Shown: in pieces, positions 1 to 8,988 of the stretch
Layout of the letters: every line of letters begins with the position of its first letter
How positions within the stretch are numbered: position 1 is the first letter of the stretch
Assembly: GCA_963785725.1 (NCBI GenBank)
Contig: CAWAWS010000007.1
Span: forward strand, 288,001 to 352,000
Direction of reading: 5' to 3'
Length of the DNA: 64,000 nt
Origin: an uncultured delta proteobacterium
GTDB lineage: Bacteria > Myxococcota_A > Polyangia > Palsa-1104
Notes under the pieces: model-generated
Told to the model about the DNA's origin: nothing
The model's input: only the letters and a program-made list of their open reading frames with translations
The model's database searches: none
Position numbers and translations under genes: made by a program

Positions 1-454
1 GTGTCAGGCGAGCGGCGGCTGCAGCGGCGCGTTCACGCCCTTTTGGGGTGCGTCGAGCTGCCCCGATTACGACGACTATCCGTACGGGCTCGACGCGCGC
101 AGCGGCTACGTCGCGCAACCCGCGGCGCCGCAAGCCCTCGCGCAATACCTCGCGCGCGACGTGCGCTACTTCGTCGGCAGCGAGGACACGCTGGCCAACG
201 CCGCCGGCACCAACCTCGACACGTCGTGCTCGGCGAACGCGCAAGGCGTCGATCGCGTGGCGCGGGCGATCGAGTATTGGAACGAGCTGCGCATGCAGTA
301 TCAGTCGCAGCAGCCGCTCGTCGTCGTGCCGGGATGCGAGCACAGCCGCCCGTGCATGTACGAGTCGCTGGAAGTGCGCGCCGCGGTGTTTCCGGCCGCT
401 CCGGCCGGCGTGTCGTCGGATCTGTCGCCGGCCGATCTGTCGCCGACCGAATGA
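1..454 (+). CDS. Alpha/beta-hydrolase-like secreted protein, 5'-truncated (C-terminal part)
   Basis: Frame is open from position 2: ...CPDYDDYPYGL...YLARDVRYFVGSED...LDTSCSANAQG...VPGCEH. The pattern, including a probable catalytic His, recalls a family of secreted alpha/beta hydrolases. Stop at 452-454. Confidence 0.6.
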   Translation, partial: CQASGGCSGAFTPFWGASSCPDYDDYPYGLDARSGYVAQPAAPQALAQYLARDVRYFVGSEDTLANAAGTNLDTSCSANAQGVDRVARAIEYWNELRMQYQSQQPLVVVPGCEHSRPCMYESLEVRAAVFPAAPAGVSSDLSPADLSPTE

Positions 455-515
455 CCGCGGCGGCCTGATTCGGCTCGCGGGCACAATTTTCGGCGAGTGA
501 TATTCTTCGTCGGCG

Positions 516-1379
516 ATGAAGCCAGGCCAGAGCAGCCAGACAGCGGTGATCGTCTGCATGGGTCGCGCGGCCGCGCACGGCGCGACGTCGGTCGCGAAGT
601 TCTCGGATCCGACGGCGCTCGCGCTGCTGCCGGCCGAGGCGCGCGCGCAGGTCGAGCGCTTTCGCGCCGGCGTCCTGGAAGGCGGCGTGCGTGCGCGGGT
701 GGCGCGGTCCGTCCTCGATCGGCGGGCCAAGATGATGATCGCGCGCACCGTCGCCATCGACGAGTCCGTGCGCGCGGCGGCGTCGCCGCAGGTCGTCATC
801 CTCGGCGCCGGCCTCGACGGGCGCGCGTGGCGCATGCCGGAGCTGCGCGACGCGGTCGTCTTCGAGGTCGACCACCCGGATTCGCAGCGCGACAAGCGAG
901 CGCGCATCGCGACCTTGACGCAGGCGGCGCGCGACGTTCGCTTCGTGCCGGTCGACTTCGCGCGCGACAAGCTCGACGTCGCGCTCAGCGCCGCCGGTCA
1001 CGATCCGACGCGCGCGACCACTTGGATCTGGGAAGGCGTGGTCATGTACCTGACGGTGGCCGAGGTCGAGGCCACGCTCGCCGTCATCCAGCGGCGATCG
1101 GCGGCCGCGAGCCGCTTGATCATCACCTACCACCGCCCGGCAATCCTACTGCATCTCCTCGGTTTTCTCGTGCGTCGCATCGGCGAGCCGCTGCGTTCGA
1201 CGTTCACCGCTCAGTCGATGCGCGCGCTCTTGGCCAAGCACGGCTTCTTGGTCATCCGCGACGAGGACCTGCCGGCGATCGGCGCCGCGCTAGGGGCCGA
1301 TGTCGGCCACGCGACCCAGGTCATGAAGCACACGCGGATCGTGACGGCCGAACGCTCGACCCCGCCCGATCGGCCGTAG
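516..1379 (+). CDS. Class I SAM-dependent methyltransferase, LCM/TIGR00027-like
   Basis: Motifs RTVAID, QVVILGAGLDGRAWR, FEVDHP and WEGVVMYL. Confidence 0.9.
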   Translation: MKPGQSSQTAVIVCMGRAAAHGATSVAKFSDPTALALLPAEARAQVERFRAGVLEGGVRARVARSVLDRRAKMMIARTVAIDESVRAAASPQVVILGAGLDGRAWRMPELRDAVVFEVDHPDSQRDKRARIATLTQAARDVRFVPVDFARDKLDVALSAAGHDPTRATTWIWEGVVMYLTVAEVEATLAVIQRRSAAASRLIITYHRPAILLHLLGFLVRRIGEPLRSTFTAQSMRALLAKHGFLVIRDEDLPAIGAALGADVGHATQVMKHTRIVTAERSTPPDRP

Positions 1380-1394
1380 CCGCGCCGCCGTCGG

Positions 1395-1634
1395 CTACAG
1401 CGCGTCGAGGAACTGCAGGACCGCGGCTTCGCCTTCGATGAGCCGCGTGCCGTCCCAGATCGCCGGCGCCGCCGTGCCGCCGCGCGCCTGCAGATCGCGC
1501 GTGACCTCGGCGTAGAACACGTTGCGGAAGCGAATGCGTGACTCGAGGCCGCGATCGACGACCCGCTTGCGCGCCGCGGCCGAGCCGGAATCGACGGTCG
1601 AATGAAAGAGCTCGATGGTCGCGTCGTCGCTCAT
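1395..1634 (-). CDS. Small glutaredoxin/thioredoxin-fold-like protein lacking CxxC (79 aa)
   Basis: MSDDATIELFHSTVDSGSAAARK...GGTAAPAIWDGTRLIEGEAAVLQFL. The ATG overlaps the MFS stop (ATGA). The C-terminus resembles the Grx/GST-N 'vP.l..dg..i.es..I..yL' segment. Confidence 0.6.
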   Translation of the reverse strand: MSDDATIELFHSTVDSGSAAARKRVVDRGLESRIRFRNVFYAEVTRDLQARGGTAAPAIWDGTRLIEGEAAVLQFLDAL

Positions 1635-3538
1635 GCGGCGCCTTTCGTCGTCGTCGCTGTCGTCGCGGCCGGCGGCAGCGCGCGTAACGTCGCGCGCGCC
1701 ACGCTCGTCGCCAACAGCGCCGTTGCGACCAGCCCGTCGAGCCACAAGCCGCGCTTGATGATGGCCAGGTCGTTCCAGCTGCAGCCGCCGGTGATGGCCG
1801 AGAACAGCGTGCCGGCGAGCATGGCGATGAGCGCGACCAACACGGCGCGCACGAGCGCCCGCGGCGGCCGCGCCATCCAGGCCGCCGTCATCGCCACCAG
1901 CGCCAGACCGATCTGCGCGCCCGCGTGCAGCTGATTCTGCAGCAGCGCCGCCGGCACCAGCCGTACGCCGTTGAGCTCGTGCGCCACTTGCTGCGGCAGG
2001 ATGATCGACAAGAGCGACGCGGCGCCGGCCAGGAGCGCGTACACGCCCAGCGTCACCCGCTGCGTCAGATGCACGAGCGCCAACGAGCGTTCGCGTTGCA
2101 TGAGCTGCTCCTCCGTCGGCGCCAGCGGCACGCGACCGGGCACGACGTACCACAGCCGCGCGATGACGAGGGCGCCGATGATCGCGAACGGCAGCGGCGC
2201 CAACGGCCACACGTCGTATTCCGAGCCCGGCGTGCGCGAATCTTTGAACGCGTCCAGCAGGCTGCCCATGCCGAAGCCGACCAGCGCGCCGGCTAGATAT
2301 TGCGCGCCGTCGAAGAGGCCGGCCGCGGTCGCCACTGCCTTCTTGCCGCCGAAGTCCATCGACGCTGCGCCGCCGACGAGCGAATGCGCGCTTTGGATGA
2401 AGAACGCCATCAAGATCAAGAGCGCCGCGCCCGCCCACGCCGAGTGCAGATTTTGCGAGAGCGCCGCCAGCGTCAGCGCCTGGCCGATGAAGGCGAAGAA
2501 GATCACCGGCGCGCGCCGCGAGCCGAACACCTTGTCCGACGCGTTGCCGGCGACGATACCGCCGAGCACGGCCGCGATCGGCGTTCCCCAGGTCACGATG
2601 ATGTACGGCCAGAACGTCGAGCGCTGGGCCGCCGACATGTGGAAGACGGCGCCGATGTAGCGCGTCCACCAGTGGTCGATCGAGTTGCGCACCATGCCGA
2701 TGCACATCGAGGAGGCGGCGATCAGCCACGCCGCGCGCGACGCGAACACCTTGCGCAGGACGAAGCCGAGCGACGGCTTTTGCGCGGCTTCGGCGGCGGT
2801 CTCGTCGGCGGTGTTGAACGTGAAGCCCGCTTTTTCCGGCGAATCCTCGACGAAACGGCGGTTCAAGAAGAACATCGCGATCAAGATCGCGGCCGGGATC
2901 CAGAAGCAATATTGCCACGGCAAAAAGCGCAGGAGGAGCGGCGACAGCGACAGCGCCAGCGAGCGCCCGCCCTGAATCATGATGCCGAAGATGCCGGCGA
3001 AGGAGCCGCGCTCGCGCACGTGGAACCAGGCGGCGTTGATCTTGACGATCGAGAGCGCGCCGAACGATTGGAAATAGTGGTTCGCGCCCCACAGTGACGC
3101 GAAGGTGGCGAGCATCGTCGTCGTCGTCATGCCGTGCGCGAGGAAGGCGGGCGTGACGACTTTGCCGTTCTTCCACACGGCGTCGTGGCCGAGGAAGATG
3201 AAGCACAAGCCGAACAAGAAGTTGAAGACCGCGGCGCCGAGGGAGCCGATCAGGATCGCGCGCTTGCCGCCGATGCGATCGGCGAGCGGGCCGTTGAGAA
3301 AGACGGACAGGCCGTAGACCAGCGTTCCGGTGGTGATGATCCAGCCGAACTGCGTGTTGCTCCAGCCGAATTTCTCGCCGATGGTGTCGGAGATCGCGCT
3401 GAAGTTGTAGCGCGACATGTAGAAGAAGCCGTACATGAGGCCGAGAAAGACCCAGTTTTGCGCGCGGCGGGCGCGGAAACCGGGCGGATGCTCGACCGGC
3501 GGCGCCGAGGCCGCGCTGCGCGTGTCGACGGTGCTCAT
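1631..3538 (-). CDS. MFS transporter, organophosphate:Pi antiporter (GlpT/UhpC-like), with an extra C-terminal membrane domain
   Basis: YGFFYMSRYNFS, GPLADRIGGK, WFHVRERG and GNASDKVFGSRRAP match the OPA family. About 4 further hydrophobic helices follow the MFS core. Confidence 0.85.
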   Translation of the reverse strand: MSTVDTRSAASAPPVEHPPGFRARRAQNWVFLGLMYGFFYMSRYNFSAISDTIGEKFGWSNTQFGWIITTGTLVYGLSVFLNGPLADRIGGKRAILIGSLGAAVFNFLFGLCFIFLGHDAVWKNGKVVTPAFLAHGMTTTTMLATFASLWGANHYFQSFGALSIVKINAAWFHVRERGSFAGIFGIMIQGGRSLALSLSPLLLRFLPWQYCFWIPAAILIAMFFLNRRFVEDSPEKAGFTFNTADETAAEAAQKPSLGFVLRKVFASRAAWLIAASSMCIGMVRNSIDHWWTRYIGAVFHMSAAQRSTFWPYIIVTWGTPIAAVLGGIVAGNASDKVFGSRRAPVIFFAFIGQALTLAALSQNLHSAWAGAALLILMAFFIQSAHSLVGGAASMDFGGKKAVATAAGLFDGAQYLAGALVGFGMGSLLDAFKDSRTPGSEYDVWPLAPLPFAIIGALVIARLWYVVPGRVPLAPTEEQLMQRERSLALVHLTQRVTLGVYALLAGAASLLSIILPQQVAHELNGVRLVPAALLQNQLHAGAQIGLALVAMTAAWMARPPRALVRAVLVALIAMLAGTLFSAITGGCSWNDLAIIKRGLWLDGLVATALLATSVARATLRALPPAATTATTTKGAA

Positions 3539-3584
3539 GTAAGGCCGCGTTGATAACACGGCCCGGTCGTGCTGTCATCGCCGC

Positions 3585-4931
3585 GTGCAAGAGCTAGGCG
3601 ACGACGCCGTCAGACATCTGCAAGCGCTCATTCGTATCGACACGACCAACCCGCCCGGCAACGAGACGCCGGCCGCCGAATACCTGGCCGATCTGCTGAC
3701 GCAAAGCGGGCTTTCGCCGCAGCTGATCGGCGAGACGCCCAAGCGGCAGAACGTCATCGCGCGCATCAAAGGCAACGGCAAGAAGGCGCCGCTGCTCTTG
3801 GCCGCGCATCTCGACGTCGTCGAGGCCGAGCCCGAGAGCTGGAAGCATCCGCCGTTCTCGGGCGAGATCCACGACGGCTACATTTGGGGTCGCGGCGCCA
3901 TCGACATGAAGCACATGGCGGTCATGTGCGCGCTCGTCATCGCGCGGCTGAAGCGGGAGGGCCTCGCGCTCGAGCGCGATCTCATCTTCGCCGGTGTCGC
4001 CGACGAGGAGGCCGGCTGCGATCACGGCTCGCGCTGGCTCGTCGACAACCATCCCGACCTCGTGCGCGCCGAGTTCTCGCTCGGCGAAGCGGGCGGCTTC
4101 TCGGTGCGCATGAACGGCCGCGTCATCTACCCCATCCAAGTCGCCGAGAAGGGCACGGTGTGGATGAAGCTGCGCGCCACCGGTCGTCCCGGTCACGGCT
4201 CGATGCCGCGCGAGAACAACGCCGTCGCCAAGATCGGCGCGGCCATCGCCAAGATCGCGGCCACCAAGCTGCCGCCGCATAAAACCGCCGTAGTCGAGCG
4301 TTATCTGCGCGCGATCGCGGCCACGCAGAAGTTTCCGGCGTCGATGCTGCTGCCGAAGCTGCACAACCGCGCGGTGGCCAACTTCCTGCTCAGCAAAGTG
4401 CCCGATCGCGGCGTGGCCGCGGCGCTGGCGGCGACGCTGTCGAACACCGCGGTGCCGACGGTGTTGCGCGCCGGCGCCAAGACCAACGTCATCCCCGGCT
4501 TCGCCGAAGCGTGGGTCGACGGGCGTTCGCTGCCGGGGCAGTCGGCGCAGGATCTGGTGCGCGAGATCAAGGACGTCATCGGCCACGACATCGAGATCGA
4601 CGTCGAGCGCGACATGCCGCCGGTCGAGATCGATCCGCAATCGCCGCTGTGGGACTTGATGGTCGCGGCCTTGAAGAAGCACGATCCCGAAGGCGTGCCC
4701 GTGCCCTATTTGGCGCCCGGCTTCTCCGACGCCAAGAGTTGGTCGCGTCTCGGCACGCGCTGCTACGGCTTCATGCCCGTGCGCTTCCCCGACGACGGCA
4801 CGCGCTTCGCCGACCTCTTTCACGGCCACGACGAGCGCATCCCCGTCGAAGGCTTACGCTGGGGCGTGCACGTGCTCTACGACGTCGTGCGCGCCTTCGT
4901 CACCGGCGCCACGGCGATCCCTACTTCTTGA
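3585..4931 (+). CDS. M20/M25/M40 family metallopeptidase/deacylase
   Basis: HLDVV, GRGAIDMK, DEEAG, GHGS and HGHDERI metal-binding motifs. Confidence 0.9.
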   Translation: MQELGDDAVRHLQALIRIDTTNPPGNETPAAEYLADLLTQSGLSPQLIGETPKRQNVIARIKGNGKKAPLLLAAHLDVVEAEPESWKHPPFSGEIHDGYIWGRGAIDMKHMAVMCALVIARLKREGLALERDLIFAGVADEEAGCDHGSRWLVDNHPDLVRAEFSLGEAGGFSVRMNGRVIYPIQVAEKGTVWMKLRATGRPGHGSMPRENNAVAKIGAAIAKIAATKLPPHKTAVVERYLRAIAATQKFPASMLLPKLHNRAVANFLLSKVPDRGVAAALAATLSNTAVPTVLRAGAKTNVIPGFAEAWVDGRSLPGQSAQDLVREIKDVIGHDIEIDVERDMPPVEIDPQSPLWDLMVAALKKHDPEGVPVPYLAPGFSDAKSWSRLGTRCYGFMPVRFPDDGTRFADLFHGHDERIPVEGLRWGVHVLYDVVRAFVTGATAIPTS

Positions 4932-5436
4932 TCGTCGTCGCCTGCGCGGTCGCTTCGAACAGCTTGACGTTCTCCGCGAAGTGCTCCGCCGGCGCCGTGA
5001 ACGTCAGCACCGCGTGTTCCTGCCCGCTGGCCACGTAAAACTGCAGCTGTCGAATCGCTCCGCCGCCGCCGGGCGGAATCATCTCGAACACGAAGCGCGC
5101 CGCCTGCACCTCGTCGATGGTCACGATCGCACGCTCGAGCGCCTTGAACTTCGAGTCGGGCAGCCGCTTCGTCACCGACTTGCGCGCGTCTTCGGCGTAG
5201 CGGTCGAGCATCTCCTCGTTGGCCGGCGCGCCGCCGAGCTGCACCTTGGCTTGGTAGACGAGGTTGTGCGGCTCGTCGACGGCCATCGTGTACAGCTTCG
5301 GGTCGCCGGTGGTCTTGTCGGTCCAGCCGGCGGGGATCTTGAAGCGAAAGTGGGAGTCGGAGATCGGCGGCGTGACGTCCGCGAGCGCGGCGTGGCCGAG
5401 GCCGACGACGAGCGCGGCAACGACGAAGGCTTTCAT
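4921..5436 (-). CDS. Secreted hypothetical protein, possibly PsbP/DcrB-like fold
   Basis: Signal peptide ending AALA, F.F..P.GW N-terminal motif, C-terminal LTFTAP...F......T pattern. Confidence 0.6.
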   Translation of the reverse strand: MKAFVVAALVVGLGHAALADVTPPISDSHFRFKIPAGWTDKTTGDPKLYTMAVDEPHNLVYQAKVQLGGAPANEEMLDRYAEDARKSVTKRLPDSKFKALERAIVTIDEVQAARFVFEMIPPGGGGAIRQLQFYVASGQEHAVLTFTAPAEHFAENVKLFEATAQATTIKK

Positions 5437-5471
5437 GCGCGGAAGATACTACAAGATGCGGCGCGGTCGAA

Positions 5472-6512
5472 TCAGTAGCCGCGAGCGACGAGCCAGTTGG
5501 TGAGCGTGCGGTAGAAGTCGACGCAGTTGAAGCCGCTCGTCGTCGGCGTGCCGGCCAGCTGACAGACCTCTTCCATGTGGTCGGCGGGCACGCAGCCCAA
5601 GAACGTGCCCCATTTGGCCGACTCGACGGGCACGAGCGCGTCGTTGGTGGGCGCGATCGGCGACGAGCCGTTGATGAGCGCGCCCGTCGCTGCCAAGAGC
5701 GCCTGCGTGTCGTCGACGACGCCGTCCCACTGTCCGATCATGCCCGGCTCGATGTCGGTGCCACAGTCGATGTCGCCGTTCTGATCGTTGGCGCGGCCCG
5801 CGATCGAATAATAGTCGACGTCGGGGCTGTCGGGATATTGCGCCGTGAACGCCGCCGCGCCCGCCGTCGTCAGCTGCTTGATCGACGCCTGCGCGTTCGA
5901 GTTCGGCGACTGCCCCGGGTCGAGCACGGTCTCGCCGAACAGCTGCAAGAGCGCGGCGAGCGCGTCGGTGACCGAGCCCGGCAGGTCGCCTTCGGCGATG
6001 TCGGCGACGGGCGTGCCGCGGTTGACGCCGGCCACGAGGACGGCGGCGCCGACCTTCTTGCCCAGCTTGTTGGCGACGTAACGACAGTCGAGCGCGCCCT
6101 GCGAGTGACAGATCATGATGACGTGATCGGCGCCGGTCTCGTCGAGGATCGCCTGCGTCTGCGTCAGCAGCTCGGCGCCGCGCACGGTCGAGTCGTTGTA
6201 CGGATCGACCTGCGTGACGTAAATCGGATGGCCGTCCTTGCGTAACGCGTCGGCAACGCCGTAGAAATAGTCGATCGGTCCGATGTTCTGGAAGCCGGAG
6301 AAGCCATGCGCGAGGATGATCGGCGTCGGGTTCGCAGGCGGCCCGGTGTTGACGACGCCGACGGGCCAGTTGGTCGGCGGTGGCGGCGCGGCGTTGCCGC
6401 CGGTGCCGGTGGAGGTCGTGGTCGTCGTCGCGGGCGCGCCCATCGAGGAGCTACAGCCGGCGGCGAACAACCCCAATGTAACCAACGAGGCGACGGCTGG
6501 AACACGTTTCAT
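5472..6512 (-). CDS. Lipoprotein triacylglycerol lipase (family I-like alpha/beta hydrolase)
   Basis: Lipobox FAAGC, oxyanion PIILAHGFSG, nucleophile elbow CHSQG, NDALV acid and DH histidine. SD GGGAGG upstream of the ATG at 6512. Confidence 0.85.
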   Translation of the reverse strand: MKRVPAVASLVTLGLFAAGCSSSMGAPATTTTTSTGTGGNAAPPPPTNWPVGVVNTGPPANPTPIILAHGFSGFQNIGPIDYFYGVADALRKDGHPIYVTQVDPYNDSTVRGAELLTQTQAILDETGADHVIMICHSQGALDCRYVANKLGKKVGAAVLVAGVNRGTPVADIAEGDLPGSVTDALAALLQLFGETVLDPGQSPNSNAQASIKQLTTAGAAAFTAQYPDSPDVDYYSIAGRANDQNGDIDCGTDIEPGMIGQWDGVVDDTQALLAATGALINGSSPIAPTNDALVPVESAKWGTFLGCVPADHMEEVCQLAGTPTTSGFNCVDFYRTLTNWLVARGY

Positions 6513-6625
6513 GCGGTCCGACCTCCCGCGCGAAACTCTCGTCCTCGTGACTACACGTGTCAAGTGTTTGAATTCCAAGTGTATTTTACGCAACGCGTCA
6601 CGTACATGTCGTCGTGGGTGAGTTA

Positions 6626-7600
6626 ATGGCGCGTTTCGCCAAGATTGATCGGATGTTGCGCGATGCTGTCGGTCCCGTTTTCCCGGCGGCACAATTGATC
6701 GTCTGCGATCGCTTTTCGCCGCTCTTCGATCAAGCGGTCGGCGACTGCACGGGCGAGACGCTGTTCGACGTCGCGTCGCTGACGAAGGCGCTGGCGACGA
6801 CGACGCTGACGATGCACGCGATCGACGACGGCACGCTGACGCTGGAGACGCGGCCGCGGCCGGAGATGACGGTGGCGCAGCTGTTGGCGCACGCGTCCGG
6901 CCTGCCGGCGTGGAAGCGGCTCGGCGACAGCCGCGATGAGGTGCTGCGCACGATCGCCGATGAGCCGCTCGAGGCGCCACCGGGCACGCGCTCCGTCTAC
7001 AGCGACTTGGGGTTCATCTTGCTCGGCGCCACCGTCGAGCGCGCGCTCGGCGTCGGCCTGGATGCGGCCTTCGCCGCGCGCATCGCCGCGCCGCTCGGCC
7101 TCGGCATGACGTATCTGCCGCGCGATCCGGCCGCGTGCGCGCCCACCGAAGGCGACGTGCGCGGCGTCGTGCACGACGAGAACGCGCGCGCCCTCGGTGG
7201 CGTCGCCGGCCACGCCGGGCTGTTCGCGACCGCGCGTGACGTCTCGCGCGTCGCGCATTCGCTCGTCGCCGCCTGGCACGGCGCGCGCTCGGCGTCGGTG
7301 CCGCGCATCTTGCCGCCGGCGCGCGTGCAGCAGCTGTGGACGCCGTCGGGCGTGCCCGGCTCGACGTGGTGCCTCGGCTGGGATCGCCCGGCGCCCGCCC
7401 ATTCTTCGGCGGGCACGCGCTGGCCGCGCGACGGCGTCGGCCATCTCGGCTTCACCGGCTGCTCGCTGTGGATCGATCCGCCGCGCGCCCGCTGGGTCGT
7501 GCTGCTCTCGAACCGCGTGCATCCGACGCGCGCCAACGAGCGGATCAAGCAGCTTCGGCCGGCGCTGCACGATGCGATCGTCTCCGCGCTCGACGACTGA
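6626..7600 (+). CDS. Serine hydrolase, beta-lactamase class C/esterase family VIII-like
   Basis: FDVASLTK (SxxK), LLAHASGLP, YSDLGF, GVVHDENA, GHAGLF and GHLGFTG. Confidence 0.9.
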   Translation: MARFAKIDRMLRDAVGPVFPAAQLIVCDRFSPLFDQAVGDCTGETLFDVASLTKALATTTLTMHAIDDGTLTLETRPRPEMTVAQLLAHASGLPAWKRLGDSRDEVLRTIADEPLEAPPGTRSVYSDLGFILLGATVERALGVGLDAAFAARIAAPLGLGMTYLPRDPAACAPTEGDVRGVVHDENARALGGVAGHAGLFATARDVSRVAHSLVAAWHGARSASVPRILPPARVQQLWTPSGVPGSTWCLGWDRPAPAHSSAGTRWPRDGVGHLGFTGCSLWIDPPRARWVVLLSNRVHPTRANERIKQLRPALHDAIVSALDD

Positions 7601-7691
7601 CCGGCGGACACGACGCGCGTGTCCAATCGGCCACGCGACTACGAGTTACGAGCGCTTGCGCGCGGTCCGCGGCCTGCTTTGCAGGGCCCGC

Positions 7692-8927
7692 ATGCGAAAA
7701 CTAACTGCCATCGGCTTCATTTGGGTCGGCTGCACCATCGCTTGGATGATCTTGGGCTCGACGCTCCTCATCCGCACCGACGAGAGCTCGGCCACGCTCA
7801 CGTCCGACCTCGGCGGCTTGTGGGGACCGCCGCTGCAGCAGGCGCCGCCGCACGCCGGCTACACCATCACGCGGCCGCACAAAGAGACGGTCTCCGTCAG
7901 CGACGGCATCAACGGCGTCGTTCAGCGCGAGACCGTGCGCGACGAGGAGGTGCAGATGTCGCTGCCGCTCGAGCGCACCGACGGCGCCGTCAGCATGCAC
8001 CTCGAGCACCGCCGCAAAGGGCTCGTCTGGTTCGCGACCTACGCCGTCGACTTCCGCGCCGAATACGACTTCGTCAACGACTCGGGCGTCGATCGCACCA
8101 TCGACTTGCGCTTTCCGCTCGCCGCCGACCAGGCCATCTTCGACGGCTTCATCGTGCGCGACGACGCCGGCGCCGAGGTGCAATCCACGATCGATCACGG
8201 TGCCGCCAACTGGCGCGCCATCTTCCGCGCCGGCGAGCGCCGCCGCTTCTCGGTGCACTACGCGTCGCGCGGCAGCAATCGCTGGGTCTACCAGTGCGCC
8301 GCCGCCGGCCAAGTGCGCGACTTCCACCTCGCCGCCGACACCGACTTCGGCGCCGTCGATTTCCCGCCCGCGTCGCTGGCGCCGACTGCGCACGCGCGCA
8401 CGGCCGGCGGCTGGCACGGCGAGTGGAAGTTCGCCACGCTCATCGCGACGCAGCCGCTCGGCATCGTGGTGCCGCAGAAGCTGAACCCGGGACCGCTGGC
8501 GTCGAAGATCACGTTCTTCGCGCCGCTGAGCCTGCTGTTCTTCTTCTTCGTCGTGGCCGTGCTGGCGGCGGCGCAGCGCCGGCGCATCCATCCGCTCAAC
8601 TATTTTTTCTTCGGCTGCGCGTTCTTCGCCTTCCACCTGCTGTTCGCCTATCTCGTCGATCACGTCGCGGTGGCGCCGGCGTTCACGCTGGCGTCGGTGG
8701 TGTCGTTGGCGCTCGTCGTGTCCTACGCGCGGCTGTTCGTCGGCTGGCGCTTCGCGCTGCGTGAGATGGCGTTGGCGCAGCTGATCTACTTGGTGCTCTT
8801 CTCGTTCACGTTCTTTTGGGCGGGATTTACGGGCCTGGCGATCACGCTCGGCGCCATCGTGACGCTGTTCGTGATGATGCAGGTGACGGGACGAGTCGAG
8901 TGGGACGAGGAAGAAACGCCGGTGTAG
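7692..8927 (+). CDS. CreD-like inner membrane protein
   Basis: One N-terminal TM, a large periplasmic domain and about 6 C-terminal TMs with IHPLNYFFFGCAFFAFHLLFAYL, resembling CreD 'IHPxQY'. Confidence 0.7.
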   Translation: MRKLTAIGFIWVGCTIAWMILGSTLLIRTDESSATLTSDLGGLWGPPLQQAPPHAGYTITRPHKETVSVSDGINGVVQRETVRDEEVQMSLPLERTDGAVSMHLEHRRKGLVWFATYAVDFRAEYDFVNDSGVDRTIDLRFPLAADQAIFDGFIVRDDAGAEVQSTIDHGAANWRAIFRAGERRRFSVHYASRGSNRWVYQCAAAGQVRDFHLAADTDFGAVDFPPASLAPTAHARTAGGWHGEWKFATLIATQPLGIVVPQKLNPGPLASKITFFAPLSLLFFFFVVAVLAAAQRRRIHPLNYFFFGCAFFAFHLLFAYLVDHVAVAPAFTLASVVSLALVVSYARLFVGWRFALREMALAQLIYLVLFSFTFFWAGFTGLAITLGAIVTLFVMMQVTGRVEWDEEETPV

Positions 8928-8937
8928 AGCCGGCCGC

Positions 8938-8977
8938 GCGGTCCAATCGCTGCGTTGTCGTCTTGCGCTTGGACCGC
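8938..8977. terminator. Hairpin between convergent genes
   Basis: 9-bp inverted repeat gcggtccaa (8938-8946) / ttggaccgc (8969-8977). No U-tract. Confidence 0.35.
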
Positions 8978-8988
8978 TCGCGACGGCG

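Noticed and set aside
6626..7600. True beta-lactamase resistance gene
   Set aside because: There is no signal peptide, and the motifs fit cytoplasmic esterase/amidase members of the family.
7621..8949. gtccaatcg on both sides of the creD-like gene as a target-site duplication
   Set aside because: It is only 9 bp with no transposase or terminal inverted repeats, and one copy is part of a hairpin.
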